From positions 496,001-560,000 of the forward strand of contig CAJFCJ010000023.1 in assembly GCA_904063045.1 (NCBI GenBank): DNA of 64,000 nt. The letters run 5' to 3'. This document shows positions 43,251-56,293 of this stretch, piece after piece; position 1 is the stretch's first letter, and each line of letters begins with the position of its first letter. Under the pieces are notes generated by a model. That model did not search any database and was not told the origin of the DNA. It saw only the letters and a program-made list of their open reading frames with translations. This DNA is from Dimorphilus gyrociliatus. Lineage: Eukaryota; Animalia; Annelida. The translations under genes and the position numbers were made by a program.

Positions 43251-44636
43251 TCCTAACTTTAATTTCTACTTTCACTTTTATATTAATGAGAAAATAGAGT
43301 TTTAATACTTTGATTGGTATGTTTTTTTAAAAAAAAAGTTAATAAATCTATATAAAACATCGCTAATGACAACACAAAGGAATTTTTTTAAAAGGGGACT
43401 TCTCTATTAATAATATCAATATATGAGTCATTTTAAAAGGGCGGTTTTACTTGAAAGTTATTAACTATAAATATTCGAGTAGAAGTCGGTATTCAGAAAT
43501 TCAAACCAAAGAATATTAGTCACATGGTTAAAAATTGTCCAATGATTAATTAAGATTTGCATAACTTTCTACCTTTATCGCCCATCTCGACTCTATGATA
43601 CGATCAACTAATTTTGTAATGGTTATAGTGTAATTAGCAATTTAGGACTTTTAAACAATGCTTGGCTTCATAGTTTTAAGATAGAAAAGAAGACATTACT
43701 TCCCTCCTTTTTCCTGTTTTTTTTTGTCTTCTTGAGTTGAGCATAAAGAAAGAGTGCACGTAAAGTATATTTATAGGCATACTCATTGTATTACTAACGA
43801 CGTTGGAAAATGTATAGAGAGTAATAAACACTTGTAAACATAAACGAATAATAATAGGAAAAGGTATAGGGTATATATTAGCATATGTATACGTAATATC
43901 AATATTTTTCATGACATTTAATCTGATTATACTGATACGACAATAGGTTGGGGTGAGTGATTTAAAAAGAAAACAAATCTCAACTAAACAAAGCCATAGC
44001 TATAGAGAATGACCTAACCTCTTCAATGGTCTGTCAGGAAAAATAATGGAAATTTTTACTGAACAACTGATTAATAAATCAATAGATTATTAAATAATTA
44101 AAGACATCGGCAAAAGCGGAATAAAGGCAATTATAGGATAAAGAAAATACAAAATTTAGCATCGATATTGAAAGAATTATAGAGAGAGAGAGAGAGAGGG
44201 GAAAATGCAGGATAAAAATTCAGAACTACTCAAGTTGGCCTTAGAAATCATTAATAAAGCATTTAATTGAATTTAATATTGCTGTTGAAAATGTCTCGTA
44301 CACTTTTGATAAAAATCACCTATTTTTCACACTATTGCTAAGCTTTACAAAGGTGATCTTTATATTTTAAGATACATGCTAACCTCTTACTTAAAGATAA
44401 TATAATAAATATAGTTAGCTGTTCACTAAAATTCTGTTAAATATTCATAACAAGAATTTTTGACAAAACATTGTAAAAACCATTAAACGTATATTGCTAT
44501 ATAGGTAGTTCTTGAATAGCTAATGTTCTATACCTTATATTGATCGTCTTTCACCAACTTCAGCGCCATATATTCATTTCATATCCTACAGCGACCAAGA
44601 AGGAAAGTAAGAGAAATATAAACCTTATATCTAAAG

Positions 44637-46350
44637 ATGGGATTTTGCAAGATCTTCTGTAAACTTGTATTAATTTTAATAAATATCATATTTCTGGTAA
44701 GTAATACGGAGCATGTCTTGATTGCTATTTTCGTTTTTCTATACCATTTATTCTCCATATATTCAAGCGTACTAATAAGTCAATAACAGGCGAATGTCTA
44801 ATGCTTCCTCGCCAATAATAAATAGAGTTTAATAAGAAATAGCGTATTGTAGATGTTTTACGAACAGGCAAACTAAATACGACCTGTTTTACTGTTCTTT
44901 CTCTTACTATCAAATGTATGTAATACAGATTCTAACAACTATATACAATGTATACGTTGTTCTATATATCATGTATTTGAGCATGTATATACTATATATA
45001 TATATAGTTAGACATAGATTAAAGATAATATTAATTTATTTGTCCTTTTAAGAGTTTTTCACTTATATTTCTTTAGTTATTGACTGTTTTCGTATCCGTC
45101 CTCTAGTCCAATCTCTAAACAGTTTAGAAATCAATTTATTCGAGACTATAATATATTATTTTCGATCTTGGTGCACTCTTTTAATCAATGCAACTTTAAA
45201 GTTGTCTATTAATTTTTACCAAGTAATTAGGAATTTAATCCAGTTAAAATGTTCTATCAATTAGATCAACTAGCCCACTCATACTGTATATAGATATTTA
45301 TATATATATATATATATATCTAATCCTCTATGCTTCTCTCTATAGCTTCTAGGCCTGGCCTTTTTCATTCCTGGAGTGATGTTTAAGGCTGAATCACCTA
45401 TAATCAAAGAGAGAATAGATCCTTTTTTAGAGGTTTGTACGGAAAAGTAAAATTTATTAAACAGAAATAACGTGGCTTTTTATTTGTTTTATCTTAAAAT
45501 TAGTCTTTAAATGATATGATTACAAATACTGACTATGTCAGCTCTGGAGAAAAAATTGACTTTGAATCAATCTTTAGTGGATTAGCAACAGGCCTCATTG
45601 TTTTTGGTTTATTACTTATAGTTTTAACATTGGCAGTAATGATTGGAAGTTGCTGTTTGAACATCTTCTTAATTATCTATGCCATTTTCGTTTTTGCTTT
45701 GATTCTCGTTCAAGCAATTTTACTTGGAATGTTCTTTACTGAAAAATTTGATGATAAGATGAAAACCAACATAGAAGTAAGTATTGTTCTTTGCCATTCT
45801 TCCACTCTTTCTTTGAATTGATTAGTAATTCATTATTCTACTCTGCCAAAAATAGGAAACGATACGTGATAAGTATAGAGGAACAGATAAATTTGATATC
45901 GACTCCGTTTTGATCAATCTCATTCATCTCAAATGGGAATGTTGTGGAGTCAACGGTTTTAGGGATTTTGACACAGCCAAAGTTTGGGAAAGAAATAGAA
46001 CAAAAGAAATAACTGTTGGTTCTCAAACAATCAAACAGTCTGTTGTTCTAGCAACTCCAATATCTTGCTGTAAAATGAAGGGGAGTTTTCCAAGTGCCGA
46101 TCCAGTAGAACCTAAAACTTGCGCTCTAATACCAGGAACTATACCTGGAGTAAACACGCCAATAGACCAAATTAGTAACAGAGATGTTAAATGTTGGGAT
46201 AAAATAAAAGATGAAATTGAAAGTAAAAAGGGACTCATCGTGGGAGTTGGCTGTGGTCTTATAGGTTTCCAACTTTTGCTCGCAATTCTAGCAATAATAG
46301 CATACATAACTACAAGAAATGAAAAGAATTCTAAAGTGAATTATGCATAA
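44637..46350 (+). CDS. Tetraspanin, 304 aa. Exons 44637-44696, 45346-45432, 45504-45776, 45856-46350
   Basis: Four hydrophobic segments. Large extracellular loop with WECCG, PISCC and two further Cys. All introns GT-AG, phase 0. Confidence 0.93.
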
Positions 46351-48681
46351 GACATTAAGAAAAAAAGTAACAAAAACCTATTGATTTACGATTTAGAAAA
46401 ATTAAATGTTTTGTTTTAATTTACTTATATCTTTATTATTACAATAATGAACTGCATGCATACAATGCACATCTTCTTTATCGTTGAGATGCCATGTGAA
46501 TAGAGCTATTTTTGTTTTTTTAATCTCTATCGTTAAGTGTCTGATGCTGTATATAAAACTTTATTTACAGTCAATTCATCTTGAATAAACAAATTTTTAT
46601 TGCTAATTTTTACTGTTGTTTTTCGGAGAGGACAATCAAAAGGTGTTACTCCTAATTCTATAGGTATATGATTTATAGTAATGAATTTTTAATGTAAAAG
46701 ACTGGACTGTCTATTTTCGTATATTGAATGGAATATATAAAGATCGTATTACTCATCTTGTTCCCTTTTAATAAATAAGAATTACGCATATCAATGTTCT
46801 TTACAATTTATATACAGTATATATGCTATTTTATAAAATTTTTACTGCCTGATTTTCTTACATTACCGGAAGCGGTTCTACTTTCATTCTCTCTTTCATT
46901 TCCTGTATTGAAATTTCGTCTATCTTTGCCGATTTTTCTTTTTGAATTTAAACTTTTTAATAGAATAGCGGAAAAAATGAGAAAAATCGATAGTCAAATA
47001 ACGAAAACAAGGGATATAGAAATGACTAATAAACACACCGTTACCTGGCAAAAACTATAAAGTTTACTTCCTAAAATATATTAGCCTATTTTTCCCTCTT
47101 TTAAAATACAAACTTCATTTCTCTTTGCATTTTTCAATGCTTTCAACACTGTCAACATCGCTTTACCAAAGAAAGAAAAGTATAAACTATTTGTTCAATT
47201 TTATTAATTCCAGTCCTATTAATCTAATACATTCATCATAAAATGCTTTTCATGTATTTTCTTTCTCGATATTAGTAATAATAAAATAATCATGACATCC
47301 AATAATACTTCATGCTTTCGCATACTTTTTTATTTTTTTATTACTTTGTGAAGTAATCCGAAAATTATCGCCCCTTTGTAATATACAATACATTTTTGTT
47401 CTATCGCCCACCACCTCCTGCACTTAATGGACCACTGCTAAGAAACTGTCCTATGTTCCGTACTCCTATAGTCTTCTATAAAGAATCTTCTCTTTTATAA
47501 GTCAGAATCATAAGAGAGGAAATACTAAGTTAATCATTTTGAATATTCTCTTCGTATCGACACGAATATTTTTCTGTACTTGATCACTTCTTTTCCTTCG
47601 TTGCGATAACAATGACTCATGTTTACATCTATATTTAGAATGAATTGTCTATTAACGTAAGCAATGGTAAATAGAGAATATAGTTATATAGGAAAATTTG
47701 CTAGTGCTTGGAAATGCAATCGAAGCTCCCTCTGTAGGATAATATTTGTAATTAAAAAACCATAGAAAACACTACGGAAAGAGATGAGGTTAGTTTTAAA
47801 AAAACAGTACGACAGTAAACTCTCTTTAAAAATACCGAGAGAATAATTGTCTTTTACAAGTGTTCACTTATATAAACTGTCTATAGGCTTTATGCACTGT
47901 AGATACTGTGTATAAAACCGTAATGATTTCCAAACAATGAAAGAAATCCATACATATCCTCTATTGTTAGAAGGGTAAAGTGTAGACTTGAGCAATATTT
48001 TCATGAATAATATAGATTATTAGGGACTCTAGTTTTTATTATATTTTATTATCCATCGTTCCTCTAATAAGGAGAGAAGAGTGATTTATATTTAATAATT
48101 TACTAATTGCCCTCTCCAACACAAAATGTTAAGGAAAAGTTTTCTTCTTACAAGGTTACGTCTACAATTTTTACTCTCTTCGATAAGACCTTAAGCAGGA
48201 TAATTATTCAAATGTTGAAAAAAGTCTCATTATACTATTGAAATTTGTAGTCTTCAATACAAGAGACTCTATTTAATCAAGAGCACTTCTTTCTCCCCTT
48301 TATATTCGTTCCGCCGAGAAAGAAAAGGAGAAATACAGAAATATAAGACAAAAGAACACCGTTTCAAAGCCTATCTTGTATACACTTTAAAAGTCTTTTC
48401 ATTCATGTTTTCATCTCTCTTTTCTTTCCTTATACAGTATAATTTATTATTTACTTCCGACAAGTGATAAGCTTCTTCTCTTCTAATTAGCAGAAAATTT
48501 AGATAACTTCCTATTCAATTTCTAAAAGAGGAAATAGAACCAACGAACTAGTTTCTAAATATGTAAAAAGAATAATAACTTGGAGACATTTAATCATAAA
48601 TTATAAACTAAGAGTGCGTTAATATTAATGCAGTACATTTCAACGATAAAACCTATTGCTGTACGCTTACTTTCAGGTAAT

Positions 48682-48695
48682 CCGCTAGATGGCAG
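48682..48695 (+). promoter_or_regulatory. CTCF-like site CCGCTAGATGGCAG
   Basis: Near-perfect match to the CTCF core consensus. Confidence 0.65.
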
Positions 48696-48911
48696 ATGTG
48701 ATTATAGATTGTTGTAACGAATAAGCAGAAAACTCGATATACTGTATTCAGTGATATATATATATACAAGTATATACATGTGATACCATTACGTTCACAA
48801 ACAAGAGCTGTGACTTGAAATCAATTCATTTTCTACTGTTTTTAATTCCCTTTCCATTTCTCTGTCTATTTGTTCGTCACCCTCTCTCTTCTTTCATCAC
48901 TTGCTTCCTTT

Positions 48912-48947
<36 letters not shown>

Positions 48948-49635
48948 TCCTTTATCCTTAAAAGAGTAAGAGAAAATGAAGATAAACTATTAATTAAAGT
49001 TATGAACGACTTAATTCATTTACAAATAATTAAAGAAGGTTTCTTTAGTGGAGAACAGTTGTAAAGTTTTTTTAAACAAGTAGGTCATTTGTATAAAAAT
49101 TGTATTTAATCCTACAAAGGAAGACTTACCGAAGCGGTTTGTAAAAAGAGCTAATCTCTTGTTAATGTTGAGGGGCAAAATTGGGATTCTTCCGGTCATT
49201 GTCCTTAATTGAATATAATCTATTGATTAGGCATTTAGCTTAACTATTCTGAATATCTATATATATATTAGTATATGTATAATATTGACATATAGTATAA
49301 AAGAGATGTTCAATAAAAACTCTATGAAAATCCTCAGTCAACTTAATCTTCGAACAGATCAATTCTATTACGTTAGGATATGAAAATTGAAGGTAAAGGT
49401 CGAATGAAATATTTGGAATATTTATTTCTTTTTTTTGTGATTTAGGTTGTTTTTGGTTTTTTAACGTAAATTTATTTTCAACAAAATTAAACAAATAAAA
49501 TAAAACCATTTCGAAATGATGTTTTGTAGTCAAAATACAAAAATTACTGAATCATAAATTGATGGAAAAGATAAAAAGCGCTAAATTAAAATTATCTTCT
49601 TCTTCTTCTTCTTCTTCTTCTTTTGATTTGTTTAT

Positions 49636-50622
49636 TCAAACAAAAAATTGAATGCAACCACTTTCTTGGCAATCTTTAATTGGTCCACCGTAATCTACTT
49701 GATCGGGATCTGAAGTATGTTGGCCTTTGAAACAGTAGCCACCTAAATATGAATTTACACGTTCGTCGTATGCCTTCATCTTTTCTAGTTCAAAAGTTCT
49801 ATTGCACAGTTTGCATAGGAAAACAGCACCATTTTTTTTGTCGAATAGTTTCTCAACATGTGAATTCGGATGACGAAATTGACAATCCGAGTTGTAATCA
49901 TCGGGTCCGAATATTCGGTGACATCTGACGCAATGCATTCTTTGTAGAGGCTTATAAGTTTGCCTCGGAAATAAAGTTGATAAGGCAATTACTGATTTGG
50001 CATCACAATTACGAAGTCTTTGCAGTAGGGTATCTCTTATTTGATCGGGATGCATGTAATCGACTAACTCCAAAAGTCTTACTTTTTCATTGCTTAGATA
50101 TGAGTATTTTAGGGCCGTTTTACGATCCTGAGTGGACAATTTAGGCTTACATTCCGTTTCTTCAATATCTCTGTCGATAAGTGCCGTAGCAGACGGGAGG
50201 AAGCTTCCCGAGTCTATACTACTACTTCCAGACGATCCCAGATCGGAAGTTACGTTATTGGCTTTGCCTTTGACGGACTGTGTTTAAACTCGTTTTCGTT
50301 AATAAATCTTTATAAAATCCTATAATTAATACTACTATTTAACAGAATCTATAGACCTATATTCTATGCATTTATAGTAAATGTTTTTGGATATTTTCGT
50401 ATAGAATTTAAAGAGTACTTTGTCTATTTTATTCATTTTCTATTTCGATCACTTACGCTAAAGGATGTTAAGGAAGACTGATAGCAATTAAAAATTGGTC
50501 ATAGTAGTAACGTTCTTTCTGCTTTCTCTCAATTTATTTATCATTTGTCTTTTAATCAAATTTACTATTTAAACAATACAAATGTTTAAAATATTTACCT
50601 TAATTTTAGCGAATTTTAGCAT
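49636..50622 (-). CDS. Uncharacterised Cys/His-rich protein (putative Zn-binding). Main exon 50277-49636; tentative upstream exons 50622-50599 and 50477-50457
   Basis: 642-nt open frame after acceptor tttaaacacag, with coding-like composition. Ser-rich N-terminal part, then CxxC-x12-C-x3-H, CxxC, C-x4-H and C-x4-C. The main exon has no upstream in-frame ATG, so a spliced start is required; the proposed 5' exons are speculative. Confidence 0.75.
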
Positions 50623-51342
50623 TACGGACGTTATTCACCTTCTCTGCTTATTCTCCATCTGCTCCTAAATTAGATACTTAGGTATTTCAAGAGTCGAAAC
50701 TATTCTTCATATACGAGATCTGTTCTATTGAGATAAAAATCAACATATGCCTCCGACAATAGGCCCTTTTCAGGTTGCTCTCTCGCTGGCATGAGTAGGC
50801 GACAGTTTGAAGACTATTGTAATGTAATACTGTTAGGGTCACGTATTGTATGTTTGAGAATTTTATGAGTTTTTTTTAAAGGTGGACAATGATGAATTTT
50901 TACTTAAAAGATTCTCCAGGCTAGCTTATTGGATTTAGAAAAGGCTTAAAAATTTATTATTTTGTTTCTTTATCTTGTTAAAGAATAAATACACATACGC
51001 ACGTAGACATAGACATTTCTTTCAGACGAATAGGAACAACGAAGGCGAAACTATTGCCTCCTCATATATTATCTATATATTTATTTGTTTATTTATTTAT
51101 TCTCCTTTACTCTTTCTATTCTTTCAACTGAAAACTATCCTGTTGTTCATCACTCGTCGCCGTCGTCCTTCGACTAGACTTTTGTTCCCCCTTTCAAATA
51201 TCAGCTTCCTTATCTCCTCTCTCATCTCAACCCTCCACCTCTCTCTCTGCCATTCTAATAGATGACTTTTTATAACTAGATTCTAATCTATTAAAACAGC
51301 CTCTCTAACTATTTTAAGTACGGCCTTTTTTATACTTTATAC

Positions 51343-51356
51343 GCGCCATCTGGTGG
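51343..51356 (-). promoter_or_regulatory. CTCF-like site CCACCAGATGGCGC
   Basis: Perfect match to CCASYAGRKGGCRS, lying between the divergent starts of the orphan gene and the Ig gene. Confidence 0.7.
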
Positions 51357-51776
51357 CGCATAGCTTATGTCTAAGTGTTCAAAAAAAGTCCCCTCTTCCT
51401 GTACTGTTCCTATACTTCAAAGATATGAGATGTTGTAGTCACGAGTCAATATAGTTCGTGTATGCATCACACAGCCACTTGGAATATCTATTGTAATAAA
51501 ATTTTATCAAAAAAAGATGTAACTAAAAGGAGAAAACAACAATAAAAAGAGTACAATCAATGGTAATGACTTAGCAGTATCGCGTTGCTATAATTACTGA
51601 ATATTTAGATTATGCCATAAATCGAACAATATTTTAACAACCCACTTTGACTATCTAATTATAAAATTTTTACAAAAAATATCTTTATTTATGTATTTAT
51701 AACCCGTCGTGATAACTAATAAAAGGGCTAAAAACGCTAAATCTATCATCATTGTATCAGTTGATCGTTAGAAACA

Positions 51777-53821
51777 ATGATACGTTTTTTGATTTTCGCC
51801 TACTTCCTACTTTTAGGCAAGTAAAATAACTTTTAACACGAAAAGAAATAGAGAAGGAGCGAAAGACATTTGTTTAATAATACTTTAATATATCTTTTAG
51901 TTAGTTGCCAAGATGGTCTTCCCAGGAATGCGGCTAAAAAATATGAGGAATCAATGGACATGCCGTGCAAAGCCGTTAGAGCAAATGCACAGTATGATCT
52001 CATATCTTGGACATACGTTGCTAGTCAAACCAAAGTTGGTTGGAGTATTGCCCAAAATATGACGATTGCTCCTAACGCCCAAGGAAAATTCGAATTAACA
52101 AGTGATCCCACTAAATATGATTTAAAGATCCTCAAAATTGATGATAACACTGCTGGAACTTATGAGTGCGCTGGTTCTCTGGGTGGCGTAGTTGTTGACG
52201 CCTTTCACGCTTTTGCTATGTATATAAGTAAGTACAATTGTAATGTTTCCAATTAAAAATCGCAATTTAAGGTGAATTTTCATTTTTCTTCTAATTCTGA
52301 TTCCAATTTTAATTCTTCAGAGGATTTAAAAATAGCTGCGGACAAGACATTGTCAGATTATTTGGGAACTGACAATCAAATAGCCTATTGCTATGTTGAC
52401 TACGGTGGACCATACCCTCCCACAGTTTCCGTAGAAACAAGCGGAACCGTTATCGGATCATATCATTACGAAAATATTCCTGATGATATGGCAATGCAAT
52501 CGTTCACTGCTGGAGCTTGCTCATTAATAAAGAAATCTGATACCTTCACCTGTAAAGCTGATTTCGGTGCCCCATCCATAGAATTAATACAAGACATTAC
52601 CTACGATGTTGTGGAACCAGATTTTAATGCTATTACAGTCGGAGGTACACCTCCAGATGCTGGAAACGGTAAGAAGAATTTTAGAAGCGACAAAAGAATT
52701 AATATTTATTCACCTTTAATTTTCAAACATTTTTTTAGTACCTAGTTGGCTCACGGACAGATGCAAAGCACTTGTCAAGCCACCAGATTATGATTTAGTT
52801 CCTAAAAATACTGCTTTGATGACTGGAGAGTCTACAACTCTTAAATGTAAAAGAGTCAATGAAAATGATCATGATGAAGGCTATTGGTCTTTTATAACTG
52901 CTACAGACGGATCTGGGGCAATTATCGCCACTAATTTTGTAATTCAACCAGGATTGGATCAAACATTTGAATTTGAAAGTGGAAATTTTAATTTGAAGTT
53001 GAAGACTATGTCCAAACCATTGACAGGTATATTAAAATTTTCATCTGCAATAGATGGCGTTCTTTGATGGTTTTCCTTTTCATTTTATTTTCTCTTTTTT
53101 CCCTCTCAAAAAAAAACTATTTTAAATAGGACTATATCAATGTGCCGGTCTTAAAAATGATCAAGTCCTTGCCGACCATGCTTCCTTAGTTATGATATTA
53201 GGTAAGTGTATAAACAAATGTAGAAAACATCGTATATACAGTACAACTTTAGTATAAAAAATTGGTCAATAGCTTAATTATTTGTTTATTTCATTTAGGC
53301 AATCCTTCGTGTACTCAGAAAAGCCATACAAACTTACCATCTAATCAAAAGATTGGCTATTGTTTTGGAGATTATTATGGAGTATACAATCCAACTGTTA
53401 ACTTTACTAGAGGAAGCAACGCACTTATTTCCGCTACATTTAAAAGAGAAGCTGCCGGGTTAAGTCCCGATCTTTCGGTTGTTGGCGGTTGTTCATTAAT
53501 ATTGGATAATCAAAATTTCAAATGCGAAATGAAATATGGACCTCCTCCAGCTAAACAACTTGAAGATATTAATTTGGATAGAAGTGCACCCTCGAAGGTT
53601 ACATCCTGCGAGTCAGGATCGTCAACTCCTACAGGTAAGAGTTAACATTGAATTAACCAGCATATAAGGTAAATATTTTTATTTGTCTAGTACCAAGTTG
53701 GTTAGAAGAAGAGTGTATAAAGCTATTGAGATTGGATGTAACTACACCGGCTTCTGGACAAAATATAGTAGTTTATATTCCACTCTTAGTTGTTAGTGTA
53801 TTTCTTCGAGTTCTCTTTTAA
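51777..53821 (+). CDS. Predicted GPI-anchored immunoglobulin-superfamily protein, ~513 aa, (V-C2)x2. Exons 51777-51816, 51901-52227, 52321-52668, 52739-53026, 53130-53201, 53299-53634, 53691-53821
   Basis: Signal peptide MIRFLIFAYFLLLVSC. V-like domains with C...W...AGTYEC and TGLYQC, C2-like domains with paired Cys. All introns phase 1, typical of IgSF genes. C-terminal small-residue site plus hydrophobic tail with no cytoplasmic domain (ASGQNIVVYIPLLVVSVFLRVLF*). Confidence 0.85.
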
Positions 53822-56257
53822 TTCATTTGTGGAAATTTGGATATTAGTAAACATAGTTAAAAAAAACATAAATAAATAAATAAATGAGTAAACAAATGAA
53901 TTTATTTATATATTTACGAAAAAATATCCGTCAAATTTCAATGTAAAAGGAAGGAAAAAAAAGATAAAACATTTGGAAACTGATGATAGAAACTGATGAG
54001 ACGAACAATCTATGACTCGTATGACGTGTTCATTTTTTTTTGTCTTTTTTTCCGTCCGCCATTTAATTGGTTATAACCAATAAAAAAGTGTTTTATTGAA
54101 GAAGAGTTTTTAATTTGTCGAATAAATTCTGAGATTACTGTTTTGCTTTTCTTAACTTAAAAAAAGTTAATTGAAAATATCTTTCATTTCATGTCGCCAT
54201 AATAAATTTACTGGAGTATCTTTAATGACATAAAATTGCGTAAGAGTATTTTTTCTCATTATCGTCGCTGGATAAATGTTAAGAATAGCACGAAATTGAA
54301 ACTTTCTAGTATTACTTCATCATTATCTGTGAGAAGAAAGACGTTTGAAGGAATAGATAAAAGTATCTACATCTTTGTAAAATTCATTTATAAAGTGACA
54401 AAAGTTTAATTAATTGATATTCGTTACATCGCTCCCTGACAACAAGAACGGCATAAAAGACTCATAAACGAGACCGGATGAAACCCATTTATAAAACTTC
54501 TTTTTATTTCGTTTTCCATATAATATAAATAAAATATTCTCTTTTTTTTCCCCTGCTGTTTACACGATGAAACTGCGAACAGTCGTTGTTTTTAAATAAG
54601 ACAGAATATTTCCCTTCATAACAAAAACTGAAAAGCTGAAAAGTAGGGTCAGAGTTCAATATTCGTTTTATACGAATTAAAGTAAAGTGCGCAAAGTCCT
54701 CAAATTGAGACGCATTTCATTGCTTCTATTCATTTTTTGTATTTTCTTCAAAGATAGATATACTGTAGATATTAGACAAAAGAGTCCAGTGATAAGCGTT
54801 AGTTCCCTACTTTGTTCTTCTCCATTATTCCCTCTTGTCAGTAGCATGTCAAAAAGTTCTTAGAATATAAAATGGAGACAGAATAATCTGATAATTTTAA
54901 GTAATTTATGATAATAAATAGCTTTAATGAGGGGCTATAACTCTTTTTCATCTCATTTGATAAAATGATAAAAGAATTATTAGAAAGAAACATATAGCAA
55001 GAGCTATGTTAACAGACGAAAAGCGATATATTCGCGTATTAATAGAAAGAAAGAGACAGAATGACAAAGAGAAATTAAAGAGAATATGTTATTCAGCTTT
55101 CTCTAGAAAATCCTACGTAAAAGTTGCTCTTTTCATTTCTTATCAGTTTTTTATTTTTATTTTAAATGTCAAGTTTATTTTTTTATTAATGGAGAATGTC
55201 TCTATTTTCCATAAAACTCGTTGATAAAGTTTTAAACAAGAAACAAATCTGAGTCATATTTTAACATTTATGTATTCAATACGTTTTAATTATAAATATC
55301 GTTGTTTAGAATTATAGTTCACATTTTCAATTAAATACTTTAATCCCTCTTTTTTTCTCATTAACTCATAAATATTTGATAGAATTTTAATCCACTTTGG
55401 CTTAAGATTTTAAATCTTTGGCTGAATCAATTAGAAATAAGCTAATTCTCTCGCCTACTAATATTTCTATATATATATATCTACGTACAGCATACAGTAT
55501 ATACTTATATAAACATAAATATTGCTTATCTCTCTAGGATACAAGAATAAAAGAAATAAAACTTTGTAAGAACTTTTTTCTTATGAAATCAACGGCTTTT
55601 CCTTAAGATAAAAAATTCAACTTTTACAGCCTAAAGTCGTTTCTAATTGACATTTTTGTGTTACTCAACGACTTTACACCCGATAAGATATCTATTTATT
55701 CAATTGTCAATTTTTACACTCTTCTTATTGGTCTTGTTATCCACGAAACCAGACGTTACTTTATTGCAACGTCAACAATGCAACTATAAGCAAAACTAAT
55801 TATGAGACATTTCCAAGCAGTATTGACCTTTTTTTCTGTTTATTAATATAAAATTTAATGAGAATTACTAGTGACTAATGAATAGTCCATTTGAAAAGAG
55901 ATTATTTTTTTTTATATATATAAAGGACTAAGAGCAATTTTCGTGTATTAAGAGTGGAACAGCGAAGGAGGGGAGTTGACGATAGACAACAATAGTGCCT
56001 TATATAAAGCTTACACAATTCATTCATGCAATAAATATACTTACTAACCCTTTAGTTAGTAGAATTAGTATAAAATGTTGTACTCACTTCTATAGGTATT
56101 ATATATATATATATTATATACACTATATATTGTATATACACAAATTTCTTTCGCCAGATTTATCCGATTTATTATATTGAATAAAGAAATGTCAAGCATG
56201 GCAAGTCAATTCCAGTTAATTAAGAGCTTTTCAAGTTAAAGTCAATTTTCCCACCCT

Positions 56258-56293
<36 letters not shown>

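Noticed and set aside
50762-50776. GGCCCTTTTCAGG resembling the histone 3' stem-loop
   Set aside because: The 3' arm is incomplete (AGGTT rather than AGGGCC) and no histone ORF is nearby.
53980-54050. Two CTGATGA motifs near GAAA, suggesting a hammerhead ribozyme
   Set aside because: No stem II or stem I/III complementarity could be formed.
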